Shown here: positions 63,578 through 64,000 of the stretch, piece by piece
Layout of the letters: every line of letters begins with the position of its first letter
Numbering within the stretch: position 1 is the stretch's first letter
Source: an uncultured Planctomycetota bacterium
Lineage (GTDB): Bacteria; Planctomycetota; Planctomycetia; Isosphaerales; Isosphaeraceae
Assembly: GCA_963845755.1 (NCBI GenBank)
Contig: CAWJTV010000036.1
Span: forward strand, 288,001-352,000
Direction of reading: 5' to 3'
DNA: 64,000 nt
The notes under the pieces: generated by a model
Seen by the model: only the letters and a program-made list of their open reading frames with translations
Databases searched by the model: none
What the model was told of the DNA's origin: nothing
Made by a program: the position numbers and the translations under genes

Positions 63578-64000
63578 CTATGCTCGGTCTCCATCCGGGG
63601 AATCGACCTGCCGGACGGCTTCGAACACGGCGATCGCCACCGCATTGGCCAGGTTGAGGCTGCGGGCCTCGGGGCGGATCGGGATGCGGAGGGCGCGGTC
63701 GGGGCGGTCGGCCAGCCAGCGCGCGGGGAGGCCGCGGCTCTCGGGGCCGAAGAGGAGGGCGTCGCCGGGTTGATAGGCTGCGTCCGTATAGACCCGCTTC
63801 GCCTTGGTGCTGAACGACCAGAGCCGCTCGCAGCCCAGGGCGGTGACCACTTCATCCATCCCGTCGACGACCCGGTAGTTCAGGTGCGGCCAGTAATCCA
63901 GCCCGGCGCGGCGGAGATACCGGTCGTCCAGGCGGAAGCCCAGCGGACGGACCAGCCAGAGCATCGCCCCGGCCGCCACGCAGGTCCGGCCGATCGAGCC
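63578..64000 (-). CDS. trmL: tRNA (cytidine(34)-2'-O)-methyltransferase, 5' end outside the window
   Basis: PLGFRLDDRYLRRAGLDYW, FGPESRGLP and RSLNLANAVAI. Confidence 0.93.
   Translation of the reverse strand, partial: GSIGRTCVAAGAMLWLVRPLGFRLDDRYLRRAGLDYWPHLNYRVVDGMDEVVTALGCERLWSFSTKAKRVYTDAAYQPGDALLFGPESRGLPARWLADRPDRALRIPIRPEARSLNLANAVAIAVFEAVRQVDSPDGDRA

Overview
High-GC bacterial DNA, almost certainly from a planctomycete of the Isosphaeraceae type. The evidence is a PSD1/planctomycete cytochrome c protein, LExRxLL-type extracellular proteins, an ECF sigma/Ser-Thr kinase pair and a DUF1080 protein. At least 13 genes are split by apparent 1-nt indels, which points to an unpolished long-read assembly, so split genes are reported as joined loci. 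Housekeeping genes are rplY-pth-rpsF, an RluA-family synthase, trmL, bcp and asnB. The rest is secreted hydrolases and adhesins, several REP-like and heptamer repeat families, and accessory modules. The four most notable items are: (1) a 518-bp cassette between pth and rpsF in which a four-helix-bundle (IVS-protein/Avd-like) gene is bracketed by two inverted arrays of exactly ten 7-mers, with cargo-less heptamer hairpins elsewhere in the window, including the 5' UTR of the same operon; (2) three tandem DUF4157 proteins with a conserved core and different C-terminal zincin-like domains, and no immunity genes; (3) a tandem pair of signal-peptide-bearing caspase-like paralogues, one lacking the catalytic His; (4) a translationally coupled DUF4365-like nuclease/pseudonuclease pair. 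No rRNA, tRNA or CRISPR array was found. All family assignments are from motif recognition by eye, not from database searches.
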